Source: Clostridia bacterium (GTDB lineage: Bacteria > Bacillota > Clostridia > Oscillospirales > CAG-272). From it: DNA of 64,000 nucleotides. The position numbers and the translations under genes are program-made. The DNA is taken from contig JAGAMD010000024.1 in assembly GCA_017624905.1 (NCBI GenBank), positions 13,083-77,082 of the forward strand. The letters run 5' to 3'. Shown here piece by piece: positions 48,821-58,231 of this stretch. The notes below the pieces were generated by a model, which saw only the letters and a list, made by a program, of their open reading frames with translations, was not told where the DNA came from and did not search any database. The stretch's first letter is position 1. Every line of letters starts with the position of its first letter.

Positions 48821-51202
48821 ATGACGGAACAAGAAAAAAGTAGATTTTTAAAAGCAAAAAGAGCACTCTTTGATAAATATTATTCGTTCCTAAACGAAAA
48901 GCAAAGAGAGGCAGTATATACAGTAAAAGGCCCTGTTTTGATTTTAGCAGGAGCAGGTAGTGGAAAGACTACGGTTTTAACCAATCGTATAGCACACATC
49001 ATAAAGTATGGCAACGCGTATTTCTCGAACGATGTGCCTGATTTTATGACAGCCGACTCGGTTGAGGATCTTGAAAATGCAATTAATTTAACCAATGAGG
49101 AAATAGAGAAGTATCTAGAACTCTTTTCGAAGGATGCGTGTCCCGCTTGGAACATTTTGGCAATCACATTTACAAATAAAGCAGCCAATGAAATCAAGGC
49201 TCGTTTGGCAAGAATATTAGATGAGGATGCAAGTGATATTTGGTCCGGCACCTTCCACTCTGTTTGTGTGAGAATATTGCGTTCATATGGTACACTCATT
49301 GGCTATCGTCCTGCGTTCGGTATTTGCGACACAGATGACGCAAAAAAGCTTATTTCCAAGTGTATGAAGGACCTAAACATTGACGAAAAGCGTCTTTCCA
49401 TCAAGGCTGTTATGAACGAAATAGGCAGAGCCAAGGATAGGCTACAAGATCCACAGGATTATGCAAGTGAGGTCGGTAATGATGCAAAGTACAAGGATGT
49501 TGCAAGAGTATATGAGCTATACCAAAAGCGACTGATGGATTCAAACCTCTTAGACTTTGATGATATCATTATGAAAACGGTTCAGCTGTTCCGTGAAAAC
49601 AGTGATGTTTTGGCACACTATCAAAACAAATTTAAATATGTTTTGGTCGACGAGTATCAGGATACAAATAAGGCACAATTTGTACTTGTATCACTTCTTG
49701 GAGATTTTTATAAAAATGTAATGGTAGTGGGCGACGACGACCAGAGTATTTATAAATTCCGTGGTGCAACAATTGAAAATATTCTTAATTTTGACGCAAA
49801 ATATTTAGATGCAACTGTGGTTAAGCTAGAGCAAAACTATCGTTCAACCTCAAATATTCTAAATGCGGCAAACTGTGTAATTTCCAACAATCCTCATAAG
49901 CATCAAAAGGAGCTTTGGTGTCAAAACGAAGAGGGCGACAAGATACTTGTTAAAGAGACCTATACACAAAACGATGAATCGAGATTTATCATAGATAAAA
50001 TCATAGAGCTTAGAAATGATAGAAATCTTGAATATAAGGACTTTGCAATTCTGTATCGTATGAATGCACAGTCAATGAACCTTGAAACAATGTTTGCCAA
50101 GAGCGGTATTCCGTATCGTATGCTCGGAGCACTACGCTTCTATGACCGTAAAGAGGTCAAGGATATGATTGCGTACCTATCTATAATCAACAACCCAAGT
50201 GATAATGTCCGTTTGCGTAGAATAGTCAATGAGCCAAAGCGTAAAATTGGAGATGCATCATTCGATACAGCATCGAAAATAGCAGAGGAGCTTGGCGTTC
50301 CAACACTTGAAATTTTGGAAAAGGCGACGGATTATTTAGCAATTCCTAAAATTGCAGCCAACGCAATGGTTGCATTTGCAAAAACCATAAATTCACTGCG
50401 TGAGGATGCGGAATTCATTCCACTTTCCGGTCTTGTCCGTGAGGTTATGAAGCGTACAGGCTATGAGGCATCGATTGTAGCACTCGGTCAAGCAGAGGCG
50501 GAGAGACTTGAAAACCTTGATGCTCTTTGCGTTGCTATTAAGGAATATGAGGAAAGAGACGAGGATCCAAGCCTGTCGGGATTTTTAGAGGAGGTTACTC
50601 TTGTATCCGACGTTGACCGTTATGATGAAAATGCTGATGCTGTAACTCTTATGACAATCCATAGTGCAAAGGGACTTGAGTTCCCTGTGGTATTCTTGCC
50701 GGGTATGGAGGAGGGCGTTTTCCCGGGTCAGCAATCAATGGCTATGCCATCAGAGATTGAAGAGGAAAGACGTCTTGCATATGTAGCCATTACAAGAGCA
50801 AAAAAGACATTAATCATCACTCACGCAAGAGAAAGAATGCTATATGGTATGACACAGCGTAATCCTCTTTCCAGATTTGTAAGAGAAATTGACGAGGAGT
50901 ACCTCGACATAAAGAAGGAAAGACAGCTTTCATATAGTGGCTTTGAAACTACCTCAAGACCTAAGCCACAAAATATAATGGGACTTTTTACAGCCAACAA
51001 TCAAGCTACTAAAAAGCCGGAAAGAAAGCTCGAAGAGGTATATTCAGTTGGAGACAGAATAAAGCATATGACTTTTGGTGAGGGAACTGTGTTGAATGTT
51101 ACCCCAATGAGCTCAGACTTTATGTATGAAATCGCATTTGATAATGTCGGAACTAAAAAATTATTGGCAACATATGTTGCAAAGCTAATGAAGAAAATTT
51201 AA
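48821..51202 (+). CDS. pcrA: ATP-dependent DNA helicase PcrA/UvrD
   Basis: AGAGSGKT, TFTNKAA, VDEYQDTN, VGDDDQSIY.FRGA, TIHSAKGLEF, EEERRLAYVAITRA. Confidence 0.95.
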   Translation: MTEQEKSRFLKAKRALFDKYYSFLNEKQREAVYTVKGPVLILAGAGSGKTTVLTNRIAHIIKYGNAYFSNDVPDFMTADSVEDLENAINLTNEEIEKYLELFSKDACPAWNILAITFTNKAANEIKARLARILDEDASDIWSGTFHSVCVRILRSYGTLIGYRPAFGICDTDDAKKLISKCMKDLNIDEKRLSIKAVMNEIGRAKDRLQDPQDYASEVGNDAKYKDVARVYELYQKRLMDSNLLDFDDIIMKTVQLFRENSDVLAHYQNKFKYVLVDEYQDTNKAQFVLVSLLGDFYKNVMVVGDDDQSIYKFRGATIENILNFDAKYLDATVVKLEQNYRSTSNILNAANCVISNNPHKHQKELWCQNEEGDKILVKETYTQNDESRFIIDKIIELRNDRNLEYKDFAILYRMNAQSMNLETMFAKSGIPYRMLGALRFYDRKEVKDMIAYLSIINNPSDNVRLRRIVNEPKRKIGDASFDTASKIAEELGVPTLEILEKATDYLAIPKIAANAMVAFAKTINSLREDAEFIPLSGLVREVMKRTGYEASIVALGQAEAERLENLDALCVAIKEYEERDEDPSLSGFLEEVTLVSDVDRYDENADAVTLMTIHSAKGLEFPVVFLPGMEEGVFPGQQSMAMPSEIEEERRLAYVAITRAKKTLIITHARERMLYGMTQRNPLSRFVREIDEEYLDIKKERQLSYSGFETTSRPKPQNIMGLFTANNQATKKPERKLEEVYSVGDRIKHMTFGEGTVLNVTPMSSDFMYEIAFDNVGTKKLLATYVAKLMKKI

Positions 51203-51212
51203 GGAGCTAAAA

Positions 51213-52928
51213 ATGAACATTCCAAGACCTGAGCATCCCAATCCACAATTTGAAAGAGAAAATTGGCAAAATCTAAACGGAGAATGGAAATTTGAATTTG
51301 ATTTTGGTGTAAGTGGTAGAGACAGAAGATTCTATGAAAGAGATAGCTTAAATTCAAAAATTATCGTTCCATTCTGCCCTGAAAGTGTGCTTTCCGGTAT
51401 AGGAAATACCGACTTTTTAAACTGTGTTTGGTATCTAAAAAAGGTAAATATCGAGGACAACGATAAAAACGTAATTCTTCACTTTGGTGCAGTCGATTAC
51501 GAAAGCTACATTTACATAAATCATAAAGAGGTATATCACAATGTTGGTGGATATGTAGGCTTTGATATTGATATTACTGAAGCTGTAAAGCGTGGAGAAG
51601 AAAATATAATTACTGTTTGTGCAATAGATACTCATCCAAAGGGAAAGGCCTCAGGAAAGCAGTCTAAAAATTACTATTCGGGTGGATGTGATTATACAAG
51701 AACAACAGGTATTTGGCAAACTGTATGGCTTGAATATGTTGAAAAAAGCTATATCAAGAGCGTAAAATACTATACAAGTCCGGAGCAAAAGAATGTACAA
51801 ATCGAGGTTGAAGTAGTAGGAAATGCAACATTTACCGCTAAAGCAACATATGAGGGCAAGTTGGAGGGCGAGATTTCCGTTCCGCTTTACGAGGGCATCT
51901 CTCGTGTAACCTTACCACTTGAAGAGCTTTATCTTTGGGAGGTAGGCAAGGGCAGACTTTATGACCTTGAATTGACATATGGAAACGATAAGGTAAAGAG
52001 CTATTTTGGTATTAGAAGCACTCGATTTGACTCTAAACATTACCTATTAAACAATAAGCCGGTATATCTTCGCACAGTTTTGGATCAAGGCTTCTACAAG
52101 AAGGGTATTTATACAGCTGAAACCGAGAAAGAGCTAGTAAAGGATATTTATCTTTCACTTGATGCAGGCTTTAACGGAGCAAGACTACACCAAAAGGTGT
52201 TCGAGCCAAGATTTTTATACCATTGCGATAAGCTCGGCTATATGGTATTTGGTGAAACAGGCAACTGGGGAATAGACTGCTCAAATATGGAACATTTAGC
52301 ACCATTCTTACTTGAATGGCAAAGAGAAATTAATCGTGATTTCAACCACCCGTCAATTATAGGTTGGTGTCCTCTAAATGAAACATGGGACTTTGATTAT
52401 AGACATCAAAATGACGATTTTATAAGAACAATGTACTACGCAACAAAAGCAATGGATTCAACTCGTCCTTGCGTTGGCACAAGTGGTAATTATCAGGTAG
52501 TTTCTGATGTCTATGACCTCCACGACTATCTGCAAAGCAAGGAAGAGTTTGAAAAGATTTACCTTGCAAAAACATATCAAGAGCTTGCAGAAAACTACGA
52601 TAAAATGCATGAGTGGGTATCAAAATATCAAAATAGTAAGGATTATGAAAATTTTGCACTTTACCTCAGTGAATATGGTGGTATTCGTTGGGATACAGAC
52701 GGCGTTGGTGGCTGGGGCTACGGCGATGGGCCAAAAACAGAGAAAGAATTCCTTGAAAGATATGAGTACCTCACAAAAGCTCTCATTGATTCCCCTTATG
52801 TGTGCGGCTTCTGCTATACACAGCTCTATGACGTAGAGCAAGAGGTAAACGGCCTCTATACCTACGAAAGACAACCAAAATTCGACATGGCAAAAATCAA
52901 AGAAATCACCCAATACGGCGACAAATAA
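51213..52928 (+). CDS. Glycoside hydrolase family 2 (beta-galactosidase/glucuronidase-like)
   Basis: PRPEHPNPQ, LNGEW, HFGAVDY, TGIWQTVWLE, NHPSII.W..NE, SEYGG, YTQLYDVEQEVNG. Confidence 0.9.
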   Translation: MNIPRPEHPNPQFERENWQNLNGEWKFEFDFGVSGRDRRFYERDSLNSKIIVPFCPESVLSGIGNTDFLNCVWYLKKVNIEDNDKNVILHFGAVDYESYIYINHKEVYHNVGGYVGFDIDITEAVKRGEENIITVCAIDTHPKGKASGKQSKNYYSGGCDYTRTTGIWQTVWLEYVEKSYIKSVKYYTSPEQKNVQIEVEVVGNATFTAKATYEGKLEGEISVPLYEGISRVTLPLEELYLWEVGKGRLYDLELTYGNDKVKSYFGIRSTRFDSKHYLLNNKPVYLRTVLDQGFYKKGIYTAETEKELVKDIYLSLDAGFNGARLHQKVFEPRFLYHCDKLGYMVFGETGNWGIDCSNMEHLAPFLLEWQREINRDFNHPSIIGWCPLNETWDFDYRHQNDDFIRTMYYATKAMDSTRPCVGTSGNYQVVSDVYDLHDYLQSKEEFEKIYLAKTYQELAENYDKMHEWVSKYQNSKDYENFALYLSEYGGIRWDTDGVGGWGYGDGPKTEKEFLERYEYLTKALIDSPYVCGFCYTQLYDVEQEVNGLYTYERQPKFDMAKIKEITQYGDK

Positions 52929-52968
52929 TAAGAAAAAGCATTTCCCCGAGAGGAAATGCTTTTCTTTT
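52900..52968 (+). repeat. 69-bp direct repeat, left copy (GH2 3' end plus terminator)
   Basis: 68/69 identical to 59033-59101. Confidence 0.95.
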
Positions 52969-53019
52969 AGCAAAAAACAATTTAATTTGATCATTTTTTT
53001 GAAAATGAGTAAATTGAAG

Positions 53020-53048
53020 TTGACATTGAGTAATTGTAGTGTTATAAT
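53020..53048 (+). promoter_or_regulatory. Consensus sigmaA promoter of the fic-hsdM operon, overlapped by TGAGTAA repeats
   Basis: TTGACA-N17-TATAAT. Confidence 0.8.
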
Positions 53049-53084
53049 ATAAAATAGATAAAAGTATTAAAAAGCGAGGGTTAT

Positions 53085-54143
53085 ATGCGTAATTACGATT
53101 ACAAAGATAAATGGAAAAGATTACTTACTCCAGAAATTGTTGCGCTCATTACTAAAATACACGAATTTAAAGGCGAACAAAACAGTTTTCTCGGTGCAAA
53201 AAAAGACACTTTAACTCATCTTGTAAAAATTGCTAAAATACAAAGCACAGAAAGCTCAAATAAAATTGAAGGTATTTATACATCAAGTGAAAGACTTACT
53301 AAAATTCTTAAAGATAAAACACGCCCGGCAAATAGAAGTGAGCAAGAAATTGCAGGTTATCGTGATGTTCTTTCGCTGATTCACGAAAACCATGATTTTA
53401 TTCAACCAAAGTCCAATATGATCTTGCAGCTTCACAAAATGCTTTATAAGTATGGTGGAAATGAAGGCGGCGAATATAAATTCAATGATAATGTAATAAG
53501 TGAAGAGGATAGCGAAGGAAACAAGAGAATCAGATTTACGCCTGTTCCGGCATGGGAAACTCCGGATGCAATGGAAAAGTTATGCCGTGCGTTAGATGAA
53601 GCGATGGCTGATCCAGAAGCTGATGAGTTAATAATAATTCCAATGTTTATTCTTGATTATTTATGTATTCACCCATTTGGTGATGGCAACGGAAGAATGA
53701 GCCGTTTGTTAACGCTTTTACTTTTATACAGAACTGGATATATTGTAGGAAAATACATTAGTATAGAAAAAGCTATTGAACAAACAAAAACAACATATTA
53801 CGAAGCACTTGAAGACAGCTCTTACGGATGGCACGAAAATCAAAATGATTACAGCCATTTTGTAAGATATATGCTCGGTATCATCCTTGGTGCATATAGA
53901 GAATTCAAAGAAAGAGTGCAGCTTGTGATTGAAGCCCAGACTTCAAAACCCGACCGCATAAGGAATCTTATAAAAAACAGTTTTGGAAAGATAACAAAAA
54001 CAGAAATTATCGATCAATGTCCGGATATTAGTCAAGCTACTATACAGCGTGCATTAAATGATTTGTATAAAAAAGGCGATATTTTAAAAATTAGTGGTGG
54101 TCGATATACCGCATATGTTTGGAACCACGATAAGGAGAGTTAA
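53085..54143 (+). CDS. Fic-family protein with C-terminal HTH (class II, autoinhibited)
   Basis: HPFGDGNGRMSR catalytic motif, SNKIEG inhibitory motif, C-terminal wHTH (ISQATIQRALNDL). Confidence 0.92.
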   Translation: MRNYDYKDKWKRLLTPEIVALITKIHEFKGEQNSFLGAKKDTLTHLVKIAKIQSTESSNKIEGIYTSSERLTKILKDKTRPANRSEQEIAGYRDVLSLIHENHDFIQPKSNMILQLHKMLYKYGGNEGGEYKFNDNVISEEDSEGNKRIRFTPVPAWETPDAMEKLCRALDEAMADPEADELIIIPMFILDYLCIHPFGDGNGRMSRLLTLLLLYRTGYIVGKYISIEKAIEQTKTTYYEALEDSSYGWHENQNDYSHFVRYMLGIILGAYREFKERVQLVIEAQTSKPDRIRNLIKNSFGKITKTEIIDQCPDISQATIQRALNDLYKKGDILKISGGRYTAYVWNHDKES

Positions 54144-54145
54144 AA

Positions 54146-55645
54146 ATGATTACAGGCGAACTTAAAAATAGAATTGACGGACTTTGGGACGTGTTTGCAG
54201 CAGGAGGACTTGTAAATCCACTTGATGTAATTGAACAGATAACATACCTTATGTTCATAAAAGATCTTGATGATACAGACAATCTTCGTGCAAAAGAGGC
54301 GGTTATGCTTGGCTTGCCTCATAAAAGCATTTTTGCTGATAAAGTAAAGGTTGGAGATAGAGAAATAGATGGCAATCAACTAAAATGGTCCGTGTTTCAC
54401 GATTTTCCAGCAGGTAAAATGTATTCAACTATGCAAGAGTGGGTGTTCCCGTTTATCAAAAATTTACACGACGATAAAGATAGTGCATATTCAAAGTATA
54501 TGGATGATGCAATCTTTAAAATCCCAACACCATTACTTCTTGATAAAATAGTCACAATTCTTGATGATATTTATGCCCAAATGGCACAAATAAAGGATAG
54601 CGATATCCGTGGAGATGTGTATGAATATCTTCTTTCTAAAATAGCGCAATCCGGCTTAAATGGTCAGTTCCGTACCCCACGTCATATTATCCGTATGATG
54701 GTGGAATTAATGGATCCAAAAGCAGATGAGGTAATTTGCGACCCTGCTTGTGGTACATCGGGCTTTTTAGTTGCTGCAGGCGACTACTTAAAAGAGAAGC
54801 GCAAAGAAGAAATTTTCTTTAATAGACAAAAGAAAGCTCACTATATGAACGGAATGTTCCACGGCTACGATATGGACAGAACCATGCTCCGCATCGGTGC
54901 TATGAATATGATGACTCACGGTGTAGATAATCCATATATTGAATATCGTGACAGCTTGTCCGATCAAAACCCGGATAAGGACAAATATTCACTCATCTTG
55001 GCAAACCCACCATTTAAGGGTAGCCTTGATTATGATACAGTTTCAGCGGATCTTTTAAAAGTTTGCAAAACCAAAAAGACAGAGCTACTGTTTTTAGCGC
55101 TTATGCTTCGTATGCTTCGCGTAGGTGGTAGATGCGCTGTTATCGTTCCTGATGGCGTTTTGTTTGGCTCTTCAACAGCACATAAGGCTATCAGAAAAGC
55201 GATAGTTGAAAACAATCGCTTGGAAGCAGTTATATCTATGCCATCTGGTGTATTTAAGCCATACGCAGGCGTTTCTACTGCAATCCTTATCTTCACAAAG
55301 ACAGGACACGGTGGTACCGATAAGGTTTGGTTCTACGATATGCAAGCTGACGGATTCAGTCTTGATGATAAGCGCACTGAAACCAAAGAAAATGATATCC
55401 CTGACATCATTGCACGCTTCCACAATCTCGAAGCTGAAAATGATAGAGAACGCACCGAAAAATCATTCTTTGTACCAAAGGATGAAATTGTAGGAAATGA
55501 ATACGACCTTTCAATAAATAAGTACAAAAAGACAGAATATAAACCGGTAGAATATGCACCAACAAGTGAAATCCTTGCTGAAATTAACGCACTTGAAGAA
55601 CAAATTCAAAATGGCATAAAAGAACTTGAGGAGCTACTTAAATAA
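54146..55645 (+). CDS. hsdM: Type I restriction-modification methyltransferase subunit
   Basis: GQFRTPRHI, DPACGTSGFL, ANPPF, VIVPDGVLFG. Confidence 0.95.
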   Translation: MITGELKNRIDGLWDVFAAGGLVNPLDVIEQITYLMFIKDLDDTDNLRAKEAVMLGLPHKSIFADKVKVGDREIDGNQLKWSVFHDFPAGKMYSTMQEWVFPFIKNLHDDKDSAYSKYMDDAIFKIPTPLLLDKIVTILDDIYAQMAQIKDSDIRGDVYEYLLSKIAQSGLNGQFRTPRHIIRMMVELMDPKADEVICDPACGTSGFLVAAGDYLKEKRKEEIFFNRQKKAHYMNGMFHGYDMDRTMLRIGAMNMMTHGVDNPYIEYRDSLSDQNPDKDKYSLILANPPFKGSLDYDTVSADLLKVCKTKKTELLFLALMLRMLRVGGRCAVIVPDGVLFGSSTAHKAIRKAIVENNRLEAVISMPSGVFKPYAGVSTAILIFTKTGHGGTDKVWFYDMQADGFSLDDKRTETKENDIPDIIARFHNLEAENDRERTEKSFFVPKDEIVGNEYDLSINKYKKTEYKPVEYAPTSEILAEINALEEQIQNGIKELEELLK

Positions 55646-56118
55646 TGGACAAGCTTTTTGAGTGTCGAGAGATGTTTTTACAAGCACAAGGATTTTCAAA
55701 ATGCGCAGAATTAGTGCGTAATGAGGGAATTGAATGTTCAACTTCTGTAATAGTAAATTATGCATTTGCTTGCGAGGTATATTTAAAATCTTTGTTATGT
55801 TTTTATGATATTTCATTTAAGAAAAAACACAAATTGAGAGATATGTATGATTTGCTATCTAAAAAAGCAAAAGAGTACATAAAACTGTATGCTTTTGATG
55901 AATACGGCAGTTGGGATACTTGTTATTTAGAGAATATTTCAAATGCATTTGTTGATTGGCGATATAGCTATGAAACAGTTGGAATAAAAAGAGCATCAAT
56001 GCAAATTAAAACAGGATTTTTAATAGCGTTAAATAACGCACTTAGAGAGTTGTGCACAAACGAGTTTTTTGGAATAAGTTATGACAAATTCAGGAGAATA
56101 AATTTTGAGCAAAAATAA
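55645..56118 (+). CDS. HEPN-like domain protein
   Basis: NYAFACEVYLK...H.L..MY..L...ISNAF..WRYSYE; start overlaps the hsdM stop. Confidence 0.6.
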   Translation: MDKLFECREMFLQAQGFSKCAELVRNEGIECSTSVIVNYAFACEVYLKSLLCFYDISFKKKHKLRDMYDLLSKKAKEYIKLYAFDEYGSWDTCYLENISNAFVDWRYSYETVGIKRASMQIKTGFLIALNNALRELCTNEFFGISYDKFRRINFEQK

Positions 56119-56641
56119 TAAAAACAAAAATAAACAACAGAATAATAATTCACAAAAAATTGTAGTCCAAGAATTTGACTATGATAAATTGGCTGAGGCG
56201 ATAATTAAAGCACAGAAAAAAGTAGAAATTGTACCACAAGAAGATGACGATGAAGAAACATTTGTAGAAAAAGCAGTAACTGGGAAAATACAACAAGGCA
56301 AGTTGTTTCCACAAAGTTTATCTAAATTGATGCAGGCATTTTTCTACGTATTAGCAGTGGCAATAGCTCTATCTATGCTGTTGGTAATAGCACTAATAGT
56401 AATAGGTATTATCAACACAGGGTGGAGTGATATAGAAGTCGTTTTTACGAACATTTACCTAATAGCTATAGCAGTTTTATCTGTTCCCATCGTTAGTGTT
56501 GCAGTTGTAATAATGTTTAAAATAGCTAAAGAACTAGGGGCTGAAAAGGATAAAAACTATATTATTTCTTCTTTTTCTAGCGTTGTAAGTTTTGTAGCTT
56601 TGATAGTTGCATTAATAGCACTTTTTAAGGGGGTAGGATGA
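56105..56641 (+). CDS. Hypothetical membrane protein (about 3 TM)
   Basis: Three hydrophobic stretches; overlaps both neighbouring ORFs. Confidence 0.7.
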   Translation: MSKNNKNKNKQQNNNSQKIVVQEFDYDKLAEAIIKAQKKVEIVPQEDDDEETFVEKAVTGKIQQGKLFPQSLSKLMQAFFYVLAVAIALSMLLVIALIVIGIINTGWSDIEVVFTNIYLIAIAVLSVPIVSVAVVIMFKIAKELGAEKDKNYIISSFSSVVSFVALIVALIALFKGVG

Positions 56642-57777
56642 TGGCGAAATTAGGTGATTTGGGAAGAATAATAACAGGAAACACACCAAAAACATCTGAG
56701 GTGTTGAATTATTCATCAAATGATATTTGCTTTGTTAAGCCAAGTGATATATTAGATGGTGAAATAACAAAATTAACAAAAACTGAGTTTTATATTTCTG
56801 AGTATGCGCGTCCAAAAGCTCGCATATTACCACCTAAAAGTGTTTTAGTTACTTGCATTGGAATCATAGGCAAAGTAGCGATTAATGATGTGGAATGTGC
56901 CTTTAATCAGCAAATTAATGCTATTATTCCGGATTTCAGAAAATGCCTAACGGAATATTTAGGATATGCAATTCAAAACAAACAAAAAGAAATGCAAGAT
57001 ATTGCTAATGCCCCAGTTGTTCCAATATTAAACAAAACTCAATTTTTAGAGATTGAAGTTTCTTTGCCCTCAATTGAAGAACAAGTTGAAATTGTTGAAA
57101 AAATAAATGCAACTGATAAATTAACTTCTTTACGCAAAGAACAGCTTGCAAAAATGGATGAGCTTGTAAAATCCCGATTTATCGAGATGTTTGGAGATGT
57201 TAAAGATGAAGAAAAAGTAACCTTGTCAGATATATGCTTGATTATTACTGACGGAACTCATCAACCTCCCAAATTTACAACCACTGGCATACCGTTCCTA
57301 TTCGTTTCTAACATTGTGGGGAATACAATAACCTATGATGCGGAAAAATTCATATCCCAAGAAACTTATGACGAACTAATAAAGCGCACACCAATAGAAA
57401 TTGGAGATGTGTTGTTATCGACGGTAGGATCATATGGTCATCCGGCAGTAGTAAAAAGCGATAAACCATTCTGCTTCCAAAGACATATAGCATATTTGAA
57501 GCCGAACAAGGAGCTGATTGATAGCGAATATCTACACGGAGCGATACTTTCCGTAGATGTACAGAAGCAGATTGAAGAACGAGTAAAAGGAATTGCTCAA
57601 AAAACCTTGAACTTGTCTGAAATAAGAAAAATCAAGCTGCCGTTACCAAGAATTGACGAACAAAAGCAATTTGCCGCCTTCGTCGAACAAGTCGACAAAT
57701 CGAAATTTGAAATTCAAAAGAGCCTTGAGAAACTCGAAACACTAAAAAAATCATTAATGCAAAAATACTTTGGATGA
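56638..57777 (+). CDS. hsdS: Type I restriction-modification specificity subunit
   Basis: Two TRDs (TGNTP.., DGTH.PP), LPSIEEQ and LPRIDEQ conserved regions, LVKSRFIEMFG, SLMQKYFG. Confidence 0.93.
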   Translation: MMAKLGDLGRIITGNTPKTSEVLNYSSNDICFVKPSDILDGEITKLTKTEFYISEYARPKARILPPKSVLVTCIGIIGKVAINDVECAFNQQINAIIPDFRKCLTEYLGYAIQNKQKEMQDIANAPVVPILNKTQFLEIEVSLPSIEEQVEIVEKINATDKLTSLRKEQLAKMDELVKSRFIEMFGDVKDEEKVTLSDICLIITDGTHQPPKFTTTGIPFLFVSNIVGNTITYDAEKFISQETYDELIKRTPIEIGDVLLSTVGSYGHPAVVKSDKPFCFQRHIAYLKPNKELIDSEYLHGAILSVDVQKQIEERVKGIAQKTLNLSEIRKIKLPLPRIDEQKQFAAFVEQVDKSKFEIQKSLEKLETLKKSLMQKYFG

Positions 57778-57790
57778 GGTGTATTGGAAT

Positions 57791-58180
57791 ATGGAACTGA
57801 AAGATTTAGCTCCTTGGATAGCAATAGCAATTACACTTGCGCTTTCTATATTGGTGCCATTGTTTACACAAATAGCAAACAACCGTCATCAACGCAAATT
57901 GCAACAAGAACAATTCGAGAGAGAAGAAAGGCAAAAGAAAGCAAAAGCGTATGAGGCATTTTTGTCTGAGGTTGGAGGAATTATAACAGCTAGAGGTTTT
58001 GTAGATGCCCAATATTTATCTAAAGCGGGTGCTTCTTTATATCAAGTTTATATTTATTCACCAGCAGAGTGGCACGAAGATTTAGATGCATTAACCGAAT
58101 ATATTATGAAAAAAGATTGGGAACAAGCAAGAAAGTTGATTCAGCTATTCAGCCGTTTAATATCAATAGAATTAAAATAG
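57791..58180 (+). CDS. Hypothetical single-TM protein with coiled coil
   Basis: PWIAIAITLALSILVPLF then a Q/E/R-rich helix; ATG 57791 after GAGGTG. Confidence 0.7.
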   Translation: MELKDLAPWIAIAITLALSILVPLFTQIANNRHQRKLQQEQFEREERQKKAKAYEAFLSEVGGIITARGFVDAQYLSKAGASLYQVYIYSPAEWHEDLDALTEYIMKKDWEQARKLIQLFSRLISIELK

Positions 58181-58231
58181 TTTTAATTAAATTTAGAAAA
58201 TGCCAAATTAAGAATGGAAAGGAGAGTAACA

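Noticed and set aside
56638-57777. Phase-variable hsdS shufflon
   Set aside because: Single hsdS; no silent TRD copies, inverted repeats or recombinase seen
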